54,387 bases of DNA from an uncultured Candidatus Saccharibacteria bacterium. GTDB taxonomy: Bacteria; Patescibacteriota; Minisyncoccia; Phycocordibacterales; SBAW01. Below, piece by piece: positions 41,748 through 50,143 of this stretch (position 1 is the stretch's first letter; each line of letters begins with the position of its first letter). Position numbers and translations under genes: made by a program. The notes under the pieces are model-generated. The model made no database searches and was not told the DNA's origin. It was given only the letters and a program-made list of their open reading frames with translations. Location: positions 1-54,387 of the forward strand of contig CAYGHD010000004.1 in the NCBI GenBank assembly GCA_964349675.1, in the 5' to 3' direction.

Positions 41748-43433
41748 TTACATCTCTTTTGGTACAGGGATGCCAAGCAGCTGCAGTCCTTTGTTGAGAG
41801 TCTGCTCAACCGCCTCTGCAAGCAACAGCGCGTACGATGGATAGTCGCCATCTATGACGCGCACCTGCGCATACCAAGAGTTAAATGCGGCAGAAAGCTC
41901 TGTGAGGTATGTAGTAACATAGTGCGGCTCAAGTTCGTGCGCCGCGCGTGCCGCCACTGACGGGTAGTGTATGAGCAAACGGTCAAGCGTGAGTGTATGC
42001 AAAAATTCTGTAATATCTTGCACACTCTCTACCTTGTCACTCACGCCAGCTGTACGCGCTTTTTCTATCAAAGACTGAGCGCGTGTATGTGCGTACTGCA
42101 AGTACGGCCCCGAATCACCCTCGAGAGAGAGTGATTTTTCTGCGTCAAACGCGATATCCTTACCGCTCCCCTGTTTAAGCACCGTGTATTTAATTGCCCC
42201 CACGGCCACTTGTTCGGCAACTTTTTCTGTATCAGGCAAGTCTCGGCCTTGCATTTTTTCTTTTGCTACGTCTTTAAGGTCCATTAAGAGCGACTCACCC
42301 GTTATGACGTTGCCTTTGCGCGATGACATCTTACCCTGCGCAAACCGCATCATGCCGTGTGTTATGTGGGTGGTTTTTTCTGCAATATCGTGCAGTTTGG
42401 GGATTTCTTTCGCAGCAGCGAGCATCACCTTAAAATACTCACTCTGCTCATGGGCCGTGACTGTAGTAGATTGATCCAAGGCGGCTGTTTCTTTTTTAAG
42501 CTGGAGGAGCCCTAAGTCTTTTGCCTCGTAGGTTGGCAGACCTTGCGAGTTTACAAACACGCGCGTATGCAACCCAACCTTCTCGCCCTTGTACACCACG
42601 GCGCCATCACTTTTTTCAAACACGCTCGGCGTATTGTCCGCCACCAACTGCAGCCCCTTTGCACTTGTCTCGCTTTCAAAAAAATAATGCTCAAACTTTG
42701 TACCCAACATGCGGTAGAGCTCTTCAAAATGCTCGAGCGACACCTCTCGGCCAATTGTATATAAAGCATTTACCTGCGGGTCTGTTTTTTCGTATACCGC
42801 TTTATTTATCTCGTCGATGCGTTTTTTATATTCTGCGCTTTCTTCATATCGCGATGCGCCGAGCACGTACGCCTCACCTAACTCTTTACTATTTGGATGC
42901 GTGATACCCAACTCCATCAAACCAAAAATACCTTTAGCCACATGTGGGCCCACATCTCCTTGGTAGTTAGCGCGGATCACCTTTGCACCTGCGTTCTCGA
43001 GCGTGTGCGCCACAGACTCACCAATAACATTGGTCATCAAATGGCCTATGTGGAACTCTTTAAACGGATTTGGATCCGTATACTCGACCATTACCGTTTT
43101 ATCTTTATACAAGTTATTCTGCCCCCACGCCTCGTCTGTAGCGGCTTTTTGCACCTCCTGTAGAATAGCTTCGCGCGATAAACGGAAATTAATAAACCCC
43201 GGGCCAGCAATTTCGATTTTTTCTACTCCCTCTATTTTCTCATCAAGTTTTGCCTTCAGCTTTTCTGCCACCTCGCGAGGGTTTTTACCAAGCTGCTTAG
43301 CCGCCGCCATTGCTGCGTTGGTAGCATAGTCGCCGTGCGCCAAGTCTCCGGGGCGCTCCACCACAAAAGCCACATCCGGCGCGCCCAGCGCCTCTAGTGC
43401 TTTTTGGATTGCGGCATATATCGCTTCACTCAT
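41748..43433 (-). CDS. argS: Arginine--tRNA ligase
   Basis: 561 aa with the N-terminal Arg_tRNA_synt_N domain, the HIGH-like motif EFHIGHLM and MSSRKGNVI (the KMSK equivalent). The C-terminal anticodon-binding domain ends PVPKEM. Confidence 0.95.
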   Translation of the reverse strand: MSEAIYAAIQKALEALGAPDVAFVVERPGDLAHGDYATNAAMAAAKQLGKNPREVAEKLKAKLDEKIEGVEKIEIAGPGFINFRLSREAILQEVQKAATDEAWGQNNLYKDKTVMVEYTDPNPFKEFHIGHLMTNVIGESVAHTLENAGAKVIRANYQGDVGPHVAKGIFGLMELGITHPNSKELGEAYVLGASRYEESAEYKKRIDEINKAVYEKTDPQVNALYTIGREVSLEHFEELYRMLGTKFEHYFFESETSAKGLQLVADNTPSVFEKSDGAVVYKGEKVGLHTRVFVNSQGLPTYEAKDLGLLQLKKETAALDQSTTVTAHEQSEYFKVMLAAAKEIPKLHDIAEKTTHITHGMMRFAQGKMSSRKGNVITGESLLMDLKDVAKEKMQGRDLPDTEKVAEQVAVGAIKYTVLKQGSGKDIAFDAEKSLSLEGDSGPYLQYAHTRAQSLIEKARTAGVSDKVESVQDITEFLHTLTLDRLLIHYPSVAARAAHELEPHYVTTYLTELSAAFNSWYAQVRVIDGDYPSYALLLAEAVEQTLNKGLQLLGIPVPKEM

Positions 43434-43510
43434 GTGTCTACAGTAACAGAAAGAAGTTTATATAAAAAGAAGGCTCCCTTCCACTTATAGCAAGGTTTAA
43501 CCTTACTGTT

Positions 43511-44608
43511 TTACAAGGTGGTTGTGGAAAGTGCGGGTAGCGTTGAGGCTTCGACTGCATCAAAACGGATGCGGCCGATAAGTTGGCCGCGCGTTGTTTC
43601 TACATTGCAGCGCCACTTCCCCGCCGCCAACCCAACCTTCAAACTCCAACCACGATACCCACCTTCTCTGCCACCGTTGATAGGGAACGAAACAACAGAT
43701 TTCGTCTCCCATAGTTGTTTTTGCTCATCATATTGCTGCCATCGATGCACAATTGAAGTTGCTAAATTTGACGGAGCGTATACTGCACTAAAGCAATATG
43801 CAGTTTGCTCTGGTCCATACGTAAATGTTGCACTGGTATCGCGCCAAAACACATATCGCGGTGGCGCCTCAAAAGTTACCGTGTAGTTGCCGCTAGTGTC
43901 GCGCAAAAGCGTATGATATATCCCTCCCTGTTTGAGCGACAGCGGCACTGGGGGGATAACATTCGTAAAATACAGACCAGTGAACAACACGTATACGCCA
44001 AGTACTATACCCGAAAGTTCATATATATACCTTTTGTGTTTGCGACGAAATACGACAACAAAAATTATTGCGATGAAGCACGCCATATATACGACACTCA
44101 CCAGTCCGCTCACTATAAACACCCCTGTGCCAACACGGTGCAATATAAACGTCGGGATTGCCATGACCACATAGGTTAAAAGCAAAAAGTAGTAGATACC
44201 GACGGTAAACTGCAGTTGTGCATAACGGCTTTTGAGCAATTCGTTCCCGATAAGAAACCCTGCCAGCAACAGCACGAACAAAGCGCCCGTTCCTGCGGTA
44301 CCGCTTTTGCCATAGAGAATGAGTAAACTACTTGCCAAACCGCCGAAACAAAATTGCAGCACAAAGGTCAGGATGAGCGGCTCAGTCGGGCTGCTTTTTT
44401 CCATCTGCCGTCGAGTCCGACGATTCAGTACTATGATAATCGCGCCAGCTAACAGTAAGTATGCGAGCAAAAGCAGATTATCAGAAACACTTTCGGGGCT
44501 TTTTGCCAAATATAAGTCGAACGCAAAACCGCTGGCCAAGGCAGCAACACTAATATGGCGCTCATAGCGATTCCATACCGCTACAATATGCTTTTTTAGC
44601 CGACGCAT
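43511..44608 (-). CDS. Multi-pass membrane protein with C-terminal soluble beta domain (DUF2914-like)
   Basis: 365 aa with about 7 TM helices and then a roughly 130-aa domain (YHTLLRDTSGNYTVTFEAP...GKWRCNVETTRGQLIGRIRFD). The family assignment is tentative. Confidence 0.7.
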   Translation of the reverse strand: MRRLKKHIVAVWNRYERHISVAALASGFAFDLYLAKSPESVSDNLLLLAYLLLAGAIIIVLNRRTRRQMEKSSPTEPLILTFVLQFCFGGLASSLLILYGKSGTAGTGALFVLLLAGFLIGNELLKSRYAQLQFTVGIYYFLLLTYVVMAIPTFILHRVGTGVFIVSGLVSVVYMACFIAIIFVVVFRRKHKRYIYELSGIVLGVYVLFTGLYFTNVIPPVPLSLKQGGIYHTLLRDTSGNYTVTFEAPPRYVFWRDTSATFTYGPEQTAYCFSAVYAPSNLATSIVHRWQQYDEQKQLWETKSVVSFPINGGREGGYRGWSLKVGLAAGKWRCNVETTRGQLIGRIRFDAVEASTLPALSTTTL

Positions 44609-44641
44609 AGCGTCTATTCTACCCCGACTTCCTCGATCTGC

Positions 44642-45910
44642 TTACACAAACGAGTCTGGGATTGGGAATTCGGCGCAAAGTTTTTTAATTTCTTGATGTA
44701 CTGTAGCAAGTGCTGCAGCATCTGTGCGTTTTTGCAGCGCTTGGAGCATCAGCTCTGCCACGCGAGCGCTTTCCTTTTCGGCAAACCCACGGGTGGTAAT
44801 GGCTGGCGTACCGAAGCGAATTCCTGAAGGATCCATTGGGCTGCGCGAATCATCCGCGATGACATTTTTATTAAGGGTGATACCAACGGTATCTAACACT
44901 TCTTCAGCCTCTTTTCCGGGCACGCCCAATGACCCAAACACATCTGCCAAGATAAGATGATTGGAGGTGCCACCACCAAGCATGCGGACGTTATTTGCAC
45001 GAAACACTGCTTCCATTGCTTTGGCGTTTTTGAGGATCTGCGCAGCGTATGTTTGAAAGTTTGGATGCAGCGCCTCGCCAAAAGAAACTGCTTTTGCAGC
45101 AACGACGTGCATGAGCGGCCCGCCTTGAAGGCCTGGGAACACTGCTTTGTCTATTTTTTTTGCAAGCTCTTCGCTCTCTCGCGTCAAAATCATTCCTCCG
45201 CGAGGGCCGCGTAGCGTCTTATGCGTCGTTGTCGTCATCACATCAAAACCATAGTCAAAAGGATTTTTGGCAGCCTTGCCCGCAATCAACCCTGCAATGT
45301 GTGCAGCGTCCATAACGGCATATGCGCCAACCTCTCGCGCAATAGCAACAAACTTTTCATAGTCGAGTTCACGCGAATATGCAGAAAAACCAGCGAGTAC
45401 GATTTTCGGCTTCGTCTCTTTTGCAACGCGCAACATGTCGTCATAGTCAATCTCACCTGTTTCTGCGTCCTTCATTTTGTATCGCACAAAGTTAAAAAAC
45501 TTGGTGATATAGGTCACCGGGTGGCCGTGGGTTAGATGCCCCCCGTGAGACAAGTCCATACCAAGCACCGTATCGCCAGGCTGCAATAGCGCAAAATACA
45601 TACCTACGTTTGCATTTGCACCTGAATGCGGCTGTACGTTTGCAAACTGTGCTCCAAAAAGTTTTTTCGCCCGTTCAATCGCCAACTCTTCCGCCTTGTC
45701 CGTATATGTTTGGCCACCGTAGTATCGTTTATGCGGATATCCTTCGGAATATTTATTGGTGAGGATAGACCCTTGCGCCTCGCGCACTGCCCTAGACACG
45801 TAATTTTCAGACGGGATAAGTTCTAGTCCCTCACGCTCTCTTGTTTCCTCCCCTTCAATAACCGCGAATAGTTCTTTGTCTTGTTTTTCAATAGCGTCGT
45901 ATGAGTGCAT
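44642..45910 (-). CDS. glyA: Serine hydroxymethyltransferase
   Basis: 422 aa with ELIPSENYVS, GYPHKRYYGG, LSHGGHLTHG and the PLP-Lys motif TTTTHKTLRGPRGG. Confidence 0.97.
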   Translation of the reverse strand: MHSYDAIEKQDKELFAVIEGEETREREGLELIPSENYVSRAVREAQGSILTNKYSEGYPHKRYYGGQTYTDKAEELAIERAKKLFGAQFANVQPHSGANANVGMYFALLQPGDTVLGMDLSHGGHLTHGHPVTYITKFFNFVRYKMKDAETGEIDYDDMLRVAKETKPKIVLAGFSAYSRELDYEKFVAIAREVGAYAVMDAAHIAGLIAGKAAKNPFDYGFDVMTTTTHKTLRGPRGGMILTRESEELAKKIDKAVFPGLQGGPLMHVVAAKAVSFGEALHPNFQTYAAQILKNAKAMEAVFRANNVRMLGGGTSNHLILADVFGSLGVPGKEAEEVLDTVGITLNKNVIADDSRSPMDPSGIRFGTPAITTRGFAEKESARVAELMLQALQKRTDAAALATVHQEIKKLCAEFPIPDSFV

Positions 45911-46062
45911 AGGAAAATACTTACGTAAATAAGCGAACCCTCAATCAATGTCGTAAGCGTTAGATCATGAAAGTATTAGCGTATATTCCCCTCACTTTTA
46001 ATTACTCCGCGCACTGTGCGGTCAGCAAGTTTTTGATATGCATCAAAGTCCATACGTGGAGT

Positions 46063-46764
46063 TTACCGTGGAAGATGTCTCCGGACAATTCCCCAGATTT
46101 TCTCATGTATCTCCTCGCGCGGCAAAATAGCGTCTTTATGAGCGCAAGTAACCTTTTGCCAATTATTGTGTGCCTTAACCAGCTTGAGCGCCCCCTCTTG
46201 CGCGTTAAGCAAGTAACGAGTATCACTTTCGACCGTATCCTTTGCCATCCCCTTCCCTAGATACGTCTTTTTTTTAGTTGCGCTTTTTTTTGATAACAAT
46301 TGAAGTGATATTTCCAGTGGCAAATGGAGACACAAAATAAGGTCGGGCCGGGGCAGCCCAAACACACCATACTCCATCTGATCGAGCCAGGTCAAAAAAG
46401 CTTTCCGTGCACGCGCGTCGCGGATTTTGCCGCCCTGATGCATTTGGTTTGCACTGACGTAACGGTCGAGCACCACCACCTTGCCTTCGCGCAACCACTT
46501 TTCTATTTTTCCCTTCGATTCAAACCTGTCGGCCGCATACAGCACCGAGGCGATGTGGGGGTCGAGCGCGACAAAGTTGCCGTACTTGCCTGCCAAACAT
46601 CCTCCCACTAACTTGCCAAAAAAATTGCTCTCGTATTGTGGGAAGTCGAGTGTCGCCACCGGGATTTTTTCTTTCCGGAGCCGCTCCACCAGCAACTTCG
46701 TTTGCGTAGCCTTCCCCACCCCGTCGGAGCCATCAATAACAATCAATTTTCCTTTGTATTTCAT
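46063..46764 (-). CDS. tmk: dTMP kinase (thymidylate kinase)
   Basis: 233 aa with the P-loop IVIDGSDGVGKATQ, the DRY-like motif VLDRYVSAN and a LID region. Confidence 0.9.
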   Translation of the reverse strand: MKYKGKLIVIDGSDGVGKATQTKLLVERLRKEKIPVATLDFPQYESNFFGKLVGGCLAGKYGNFVALDPHIASVLYAADRFESKGKIEKWLREGKVVVLDRYVSANQMHQGGKIRDARARKAFLTWLDQMEYGVFGLPRPDLILCLHLPLEISLQLLSKKSATKKKTYLGKGMAKDTVESDTRYLLNAQEGALKLVKAHNNWQKVTCAHKDAILPREEIHEKIWGIVRRHLPR

Positions 46765-46779
46765 AAAAATACCGGCAGC

Positions 46780-47265
46780 TTATGCAAACTGCCGGCCAAT
46801 AATATTATCCGGATGATCCCGGTTAAACAATCTCTCACTTCCTTCTACAGCAAAAACATCAGTGATGCCTGCGGCAATAATCGCCTCCCAGCAAGACTCG
46901 CACGCCCACCAATGACCCCACAGGTAGAGACTCGCGCCAGCAAGCTGATGCCCTTTTGCGGTGGCATTGGTAATTGCGCGCAGCTCGCTGTGATTTTTGG
47001 GGTGGCATCCCTCACACAGATCATATCTTTGCCCCGTCGGCACTCCTTGCTGCACACGCTCACAAATATGAGTTTTGTGATAGTCGCTCCCATTTGCACC
47101 CCAACCCAGCACAACACCATCCAACACTACCACCGAGCCCATGGGCATGGTTGTATCGAGAGAATGCTCGCGAGCATGTGCTTTTGCCGCAACCATATGC
47201 GGATGCTCGGCAGATACATACTTGATATGGCGGTTTTTGGGGATATATGGATACGTGATGCTCAT
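46780..47265 (-). CDS. dCMP deaminase-like cytidine/deoxycytidylate deaminase (zinc-binding)
   Basis: The ORF 46780..47421 is trimmed to M53 (MSITYPY...) with AAGGAAAGGGA upstream. Zinc/catalytic motifs are HSELRAI (a variant of H-A-E) and WWACESCWEAI (CxxC). An extra C...C pair (CEGCHPKNHSE) is typical of dCMP deaminases. Confidence 0.8.
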   Translation of the reverse strand: MSITYPYIPKNRHIKYVSAEHPHMVAAKAHAREHSLDTTMPMGSVVVLDGVVLGWGANGSDYHKTHICERVQQGVPTGQRYDLCEGCHPKNHSELRAITNATAKGHQLAGASLYLWGHWWACESCWEAIIAAGITDVFAVEGSERLFNRDHPDNIIGRQFA

Positions 47266-47316
47266 GGTAGTTCCCTTTCCTTGGCATTTATACCATACGT
47301 GCAAAAAAGCTCTATC

Positions 47317-47345
47317 TTGTAGCCGCCCCTCCCTACCCCTATAAT
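47317..47345 (+). promoter_or_regulatory. Sigma70-like promoter TTGTAG-17 nt-TATAAT, 7 nt upstream of the thyA-like ATG
   Basis: TTGTAG lies at 47317-47322 and TATAAT at 47340-47345. The ATG is at 47353, with no Shine-Dalgarno sequence. Confidence 0.55.
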
Positions 47346-47352
47346 TGGCCCC

Positions 47353-48189
47353 ATGGCTACCTTCGACCGAATCTACCAGGGACTCCTCGGTCAAATCCTT
47401 AAAAATGGAGTGCGCGAGCAATCAGAGCGCACCAAACACGAAACAACAGCGCTTCCTGGGCTTCATTTTTCAATCGACATAGAAAAAGAGGGATTCCCCT
47501 TACTTACGTTGCGCAAAATTCCAATCCAAATGTTTGTGGCAGAGCAGATATGGTTTGTCGCCGGCACCCGAAAACCCGCTGACTTTTTAAGAGAGTACAC
47601 AAAAGTATGGGACAGCTTTACTAACCCCGGCGACGTGGTCACCGTTGCCTATGGGTACCGGTGGCGAAAACATTTCGGCCGCGACCAACTCGGCAAACTT
47701 ATTGATTTGTTAAAAAAAGAGCCGAGTTCGCGCCACGGAGTTGTTATTACATGGGACCCTGCGACTGACGGATTGAGTTTGTTTAAGAAAAAAAACGTTC
47801 CCTGCCCCTACTCGTTTACCGTCAATATTATTGGCGGGAGACTTCACCTACACAATATCGTCCGATCGAACGACATGGTGCTGGGGTTCCCTTCTGATGT
47901 TGCGGGATTTGCCCTGCTCCAATGCATGTTGGCCCAAAAACTAGGCGTGCGAGTTGGTGTGTATTCACATTCTATTTCAAATGCACATGTCTATGACAAC
48001 CAATATGCGGCAGTAAAAGAATTACTCAAGCGCAAAAGCAGCCACAAACCAATTCAGGTGACTATGCCAAAGAATGCATTTGATCGGGCAGAGAAGAAAG
48101 ACCGGAAGTTGGTGGATGAACTGGTGTCGAGCTTTAAAGAGCAATACCAGCCACTCCCTGCAATTTCAGGGCTTCAGATTGTTTTATAA
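47353..48189 (+). CDS. Thymidylate synthase (ThyA) family pyrimidine-nucleotide C5 methylase/hydroxymethylase; Asp at the Asn177-equivalent position
   Basis: 278 aa. It aligns without gaps to my recollection of E. coli ThyA from the catalytic Cys onward: PCPYSF...RSNDMVLGFPSDVAGFALL versus PCHAFF...RSCDVFLGLPFNIASYALL. Arg166, Ser167, Asp169, His207 and Tyr209 equivalents are conserved, and Asn177 is replaced by Asp. Confidence 0.85.
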   Translation: MATFDRIYQGLLGQILKNGVREQSERTKHETTALPGLHFSIDIEKEGFPLLTLRKIPIQMFVAEQIWFVAGTRKPADFLREYTKVWDSFTNPGDVVTVAYGYRWRKHFGRDQLGKLIDLLKKEPSSRHGVVITWDPATDGLSLFKKKNVPCPYSFTVNIIGGRLHLHNIVRSNDMVLGFPSDVAGFALLQCMLAQKLGVRVGVYSHSISNAHVYDNQYAAVKELLKRKSSHKPIQVTMPKNAFDRAEKKDRKLVDELVSSFKEQYQPLPAISGLQIVL

Positions 48190-48201
48190 TTCATTTCACT
48201 T

Positions 48202-48843
48202 ATGACCATCCTTACTAAAAAAGAAATACTAGAACGCGTCGAGAGTGGGAGTATTGGTATTAACCCAAGCCTCGACAGCTTTCAACTCCAGATGCATGCG
48301 ATAGATCTGCGCTTGGGTTTTACCTTTCTTATTCCCAAAGCATGGCGCATGACCGACCAAGGTCGAGAGGCACTGAGTATTGACCCGCTGCGCGACCACG
48401 GACCCGAATACTTTGACGTAATTGAGCTTGAGCAAGGACAACACTTTGACCTGTTGCCCGAGGAGTATGTGCTTGTGTCGAGCTTTGAAACAATAAAAAT
48501 CCCCAATGATCTCATGGCGATCCTCTATCCTCGCTCATCGGTTAACCGCAAAGGACTCTCGGTCGACCTTACCGGCATTATTGATTCTGGATATGAAGGG
48601 CCGCTTACGCTCCCGATACGTAACAATACGAGCTCACAGGTTATCCAGCTCCATCCGGGTGAGCGGTTTTGCCAAATCGTCTTTGAAGAATTAGCCCATG
48701 CGGTGGAGCCGCGCAAAAGCCGCTGGCATCAGAAAGATGTTGTTGATAAAGGCAAGAAAGAAAAATCGACAGAAATGAAGTTTGTATTCAATGGCGATAT
48801 CAAAAAACTCAAAAAAGACTTTGCGGTAACAAAAAAGCACTAA
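48202..48843 (+). CDS. dCTP deaminase/dUTPase-superfamily protein (Dcd-like fold, deaminase Glu not conserved)
   Basis: 213 aa with AIDLRLG, YPRSSVNRKGLSV and GIIDSGYEGPLTLPIRNNT. Where Dcd has ..L-E-(F/L).. this protein reads TLPI. Confidence 0.75.
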   Translation: MTILTKKEILERVESGSIGINPSLDSFQLQMHAIDLRLGFTFLIPKAWRMTDQGREALSIDPLRDHGPEYFDVIELEQGQHFDLLPEEYVLVSSFETIKIPNDLMAILYPRSSVNRKGLSVDLTGIIDSGYEGPLTLPIRNNTSSQVIQLHPGERFCQIVFEELAHAVEPRKSRWHQKDVVDKGKKEKSTEMKFVFNGDIKKLKKDFAVTKKH

Positions 48844-48845
48844 CC

Positions 48846-49358
48846 ATGGCACACCCACGAGTAAGTAGCATCGCTGCCATCGGCAAAAATAGAGAGCTCG
48901 GCCGCGGGAATGACTTATTGTGGCGCATCCCGGGTGACCTCAAGCAAATGCGGCAGCGCACCGAAGGACACACACTCATTATGGGGCGGAAAACATTCGA
49001 ATCTATTATCGAGGCGCGCAAAACCCCGCTCCCAAACCGCACGAGCATCGTTATTACACGCTCAACTGCTCACAACCCGAACTTCGATTTTCCAAATGTG
49101 ATTCTCGCGCACTCAATGGAAGATGCGCTGGCAAAGGCGCGAGCGGTTGAACCCGAAGAAATTTTTATCTTCGGTGGTGCACAAATATACGCAGAAGCGA
49201 TGCCGTTTGTAGACCGGCTCTATTTAACACTCATTGATGCCACAGAAAATGCGGATACCTTTTTCCCACCGTATGAACACCTATTTACCAGAAAAGTTTC
49301 AGAACAAAAAGAAGTTTGGGACGGGCTCGCATACACACTAGTAATTTTAGAAAAATAA
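48846..49358 (+). CDS. folA: Dihydrofolate reductase
   Basis: 170 aa with IAAIGKNRELGRGNDLLWRIPGDLKQMRQRTEGHTLIMGRKTFESI, FGGAQIY and LYLTLID. Confidence 0.93.
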   Translation: MAHPRVSSIAAIGKNRELGRGNDLLWRIPGDLKQMRQRTEGHTLIMGRKTFESIIEARKTPLPNRTSIVITRSTAHNPNFDFPNVILAHSMEDALAKARAVEPEEIFIFGGAQIYAEAMPFVDRLYLTLIDATENADTFFPPYEHLFTRKVSEQKEVWDGLAYTLVILEK

Positions 49359-49360
49359 TT

Positions 49361-50077
49361 ATGCATGTACACGCACTCCATACCCGACTGTTTATAGAGG
49401 GTGAGAATTTAGAAAAATTTATTATTGAACATGTGCCAACACTCAAGGATAAAGACATCCTTGTGGTGACTTCAAAAATAGTCGCACTTGCAGAAAACAG
49501 GACGGTTATTGCGACTGACCAAAAGAGCAAGGAGTCTTTGATTATAAAAGAAAGCGAGTGGGCAATGCCTACTAAGTATATCTGGATAAGTATTAAAGAT
49601 GGGATGATTATGGCAGCGGCCGGCATTGATGAATCCAACGCGGCCGGCAAGCTGATACTCCTTCCTAAAGACAGTTTTGCTGCCGCAGCTCGTCTACGCA
49701 CAGCCTTACGTAAACACTATCGGATAAAAAAGTTAGGCGTTATACTCACCGACAGTCGCGTATTGCCACTAAGAGCTGGTGTTGTTGGTGTTGCAGTTGG
49801 ATATGCCGGATTTCGTGGCGTCAAAGACTACCGCGGCACGGCAGATCTCTTCGGCAGAAAAATGCGCATGACCAAGGTCGATATCGCTGACAGCCTAGCC
49901 ACTGCAGCAGTATTGTTAATGGGAGAAGGTAAAGAACGTCGCCCGCTTGCAATAGCGAGTGACGCGGCAGTTGAATTTTGTGAACGCGTGTCTCGACATG
50001 AACTTGCTATTGCCCCGGAAGACGACCTGTATGCGCCTCTCTTCAAACATCTTGGCATCAAACCTAAACGCGTATGA
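49361..50077 (+). CDS. CofE-family gamma-glutamyl ligase (F420-0:glutamate ligase fold); possibly a FolC2-type folate glutamate ligase
   Basis: The ORF 49316..50077 is trimmed to M16 (MHVHALH...) and starts 2 nt after the folA stop. CofE-like blocks are KDILVVTSKIVALAENR, AAAGIDESNA, VILTDSRVLPLRAGVVGVAVGYAG and VDIADSLATAAVLLMGEGKERRPLA. Confidence 0.75.
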   Translation: MHVHALHTRLFIEGENLEKFIIEHVPTLKDKDILVVTSKIVALAENRTVIATDQKSKESLIIKESEWAMPTKYIWISIKDGMIMAAAGIDESNAAGKLILLPKDSFAAAARLRTALRKHYRIKKLGVILTDSRVLPLRAGVVGVAVGYAGFRGVKDYRGTADLFGRKMRMTKVDIADSLATAAVLLMGEGKERRPLAIASDAAVEFCERVSRHELAIAPEDDLYAPLFKHLGIKPKRV

Positions 50078-50143
50078 TTGCTCGTTTTTAATAAGTACTG
50101 TACCATCCGTCTGGATTCAACAGGTATAGAAAGACCCCATATC

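Noticed and set aside
46636-47322. 228-aa plus-strand ORF.
   Set aside because: It is antisense to tmk and the dCMP deaminase gene and has no recognisable motifs.
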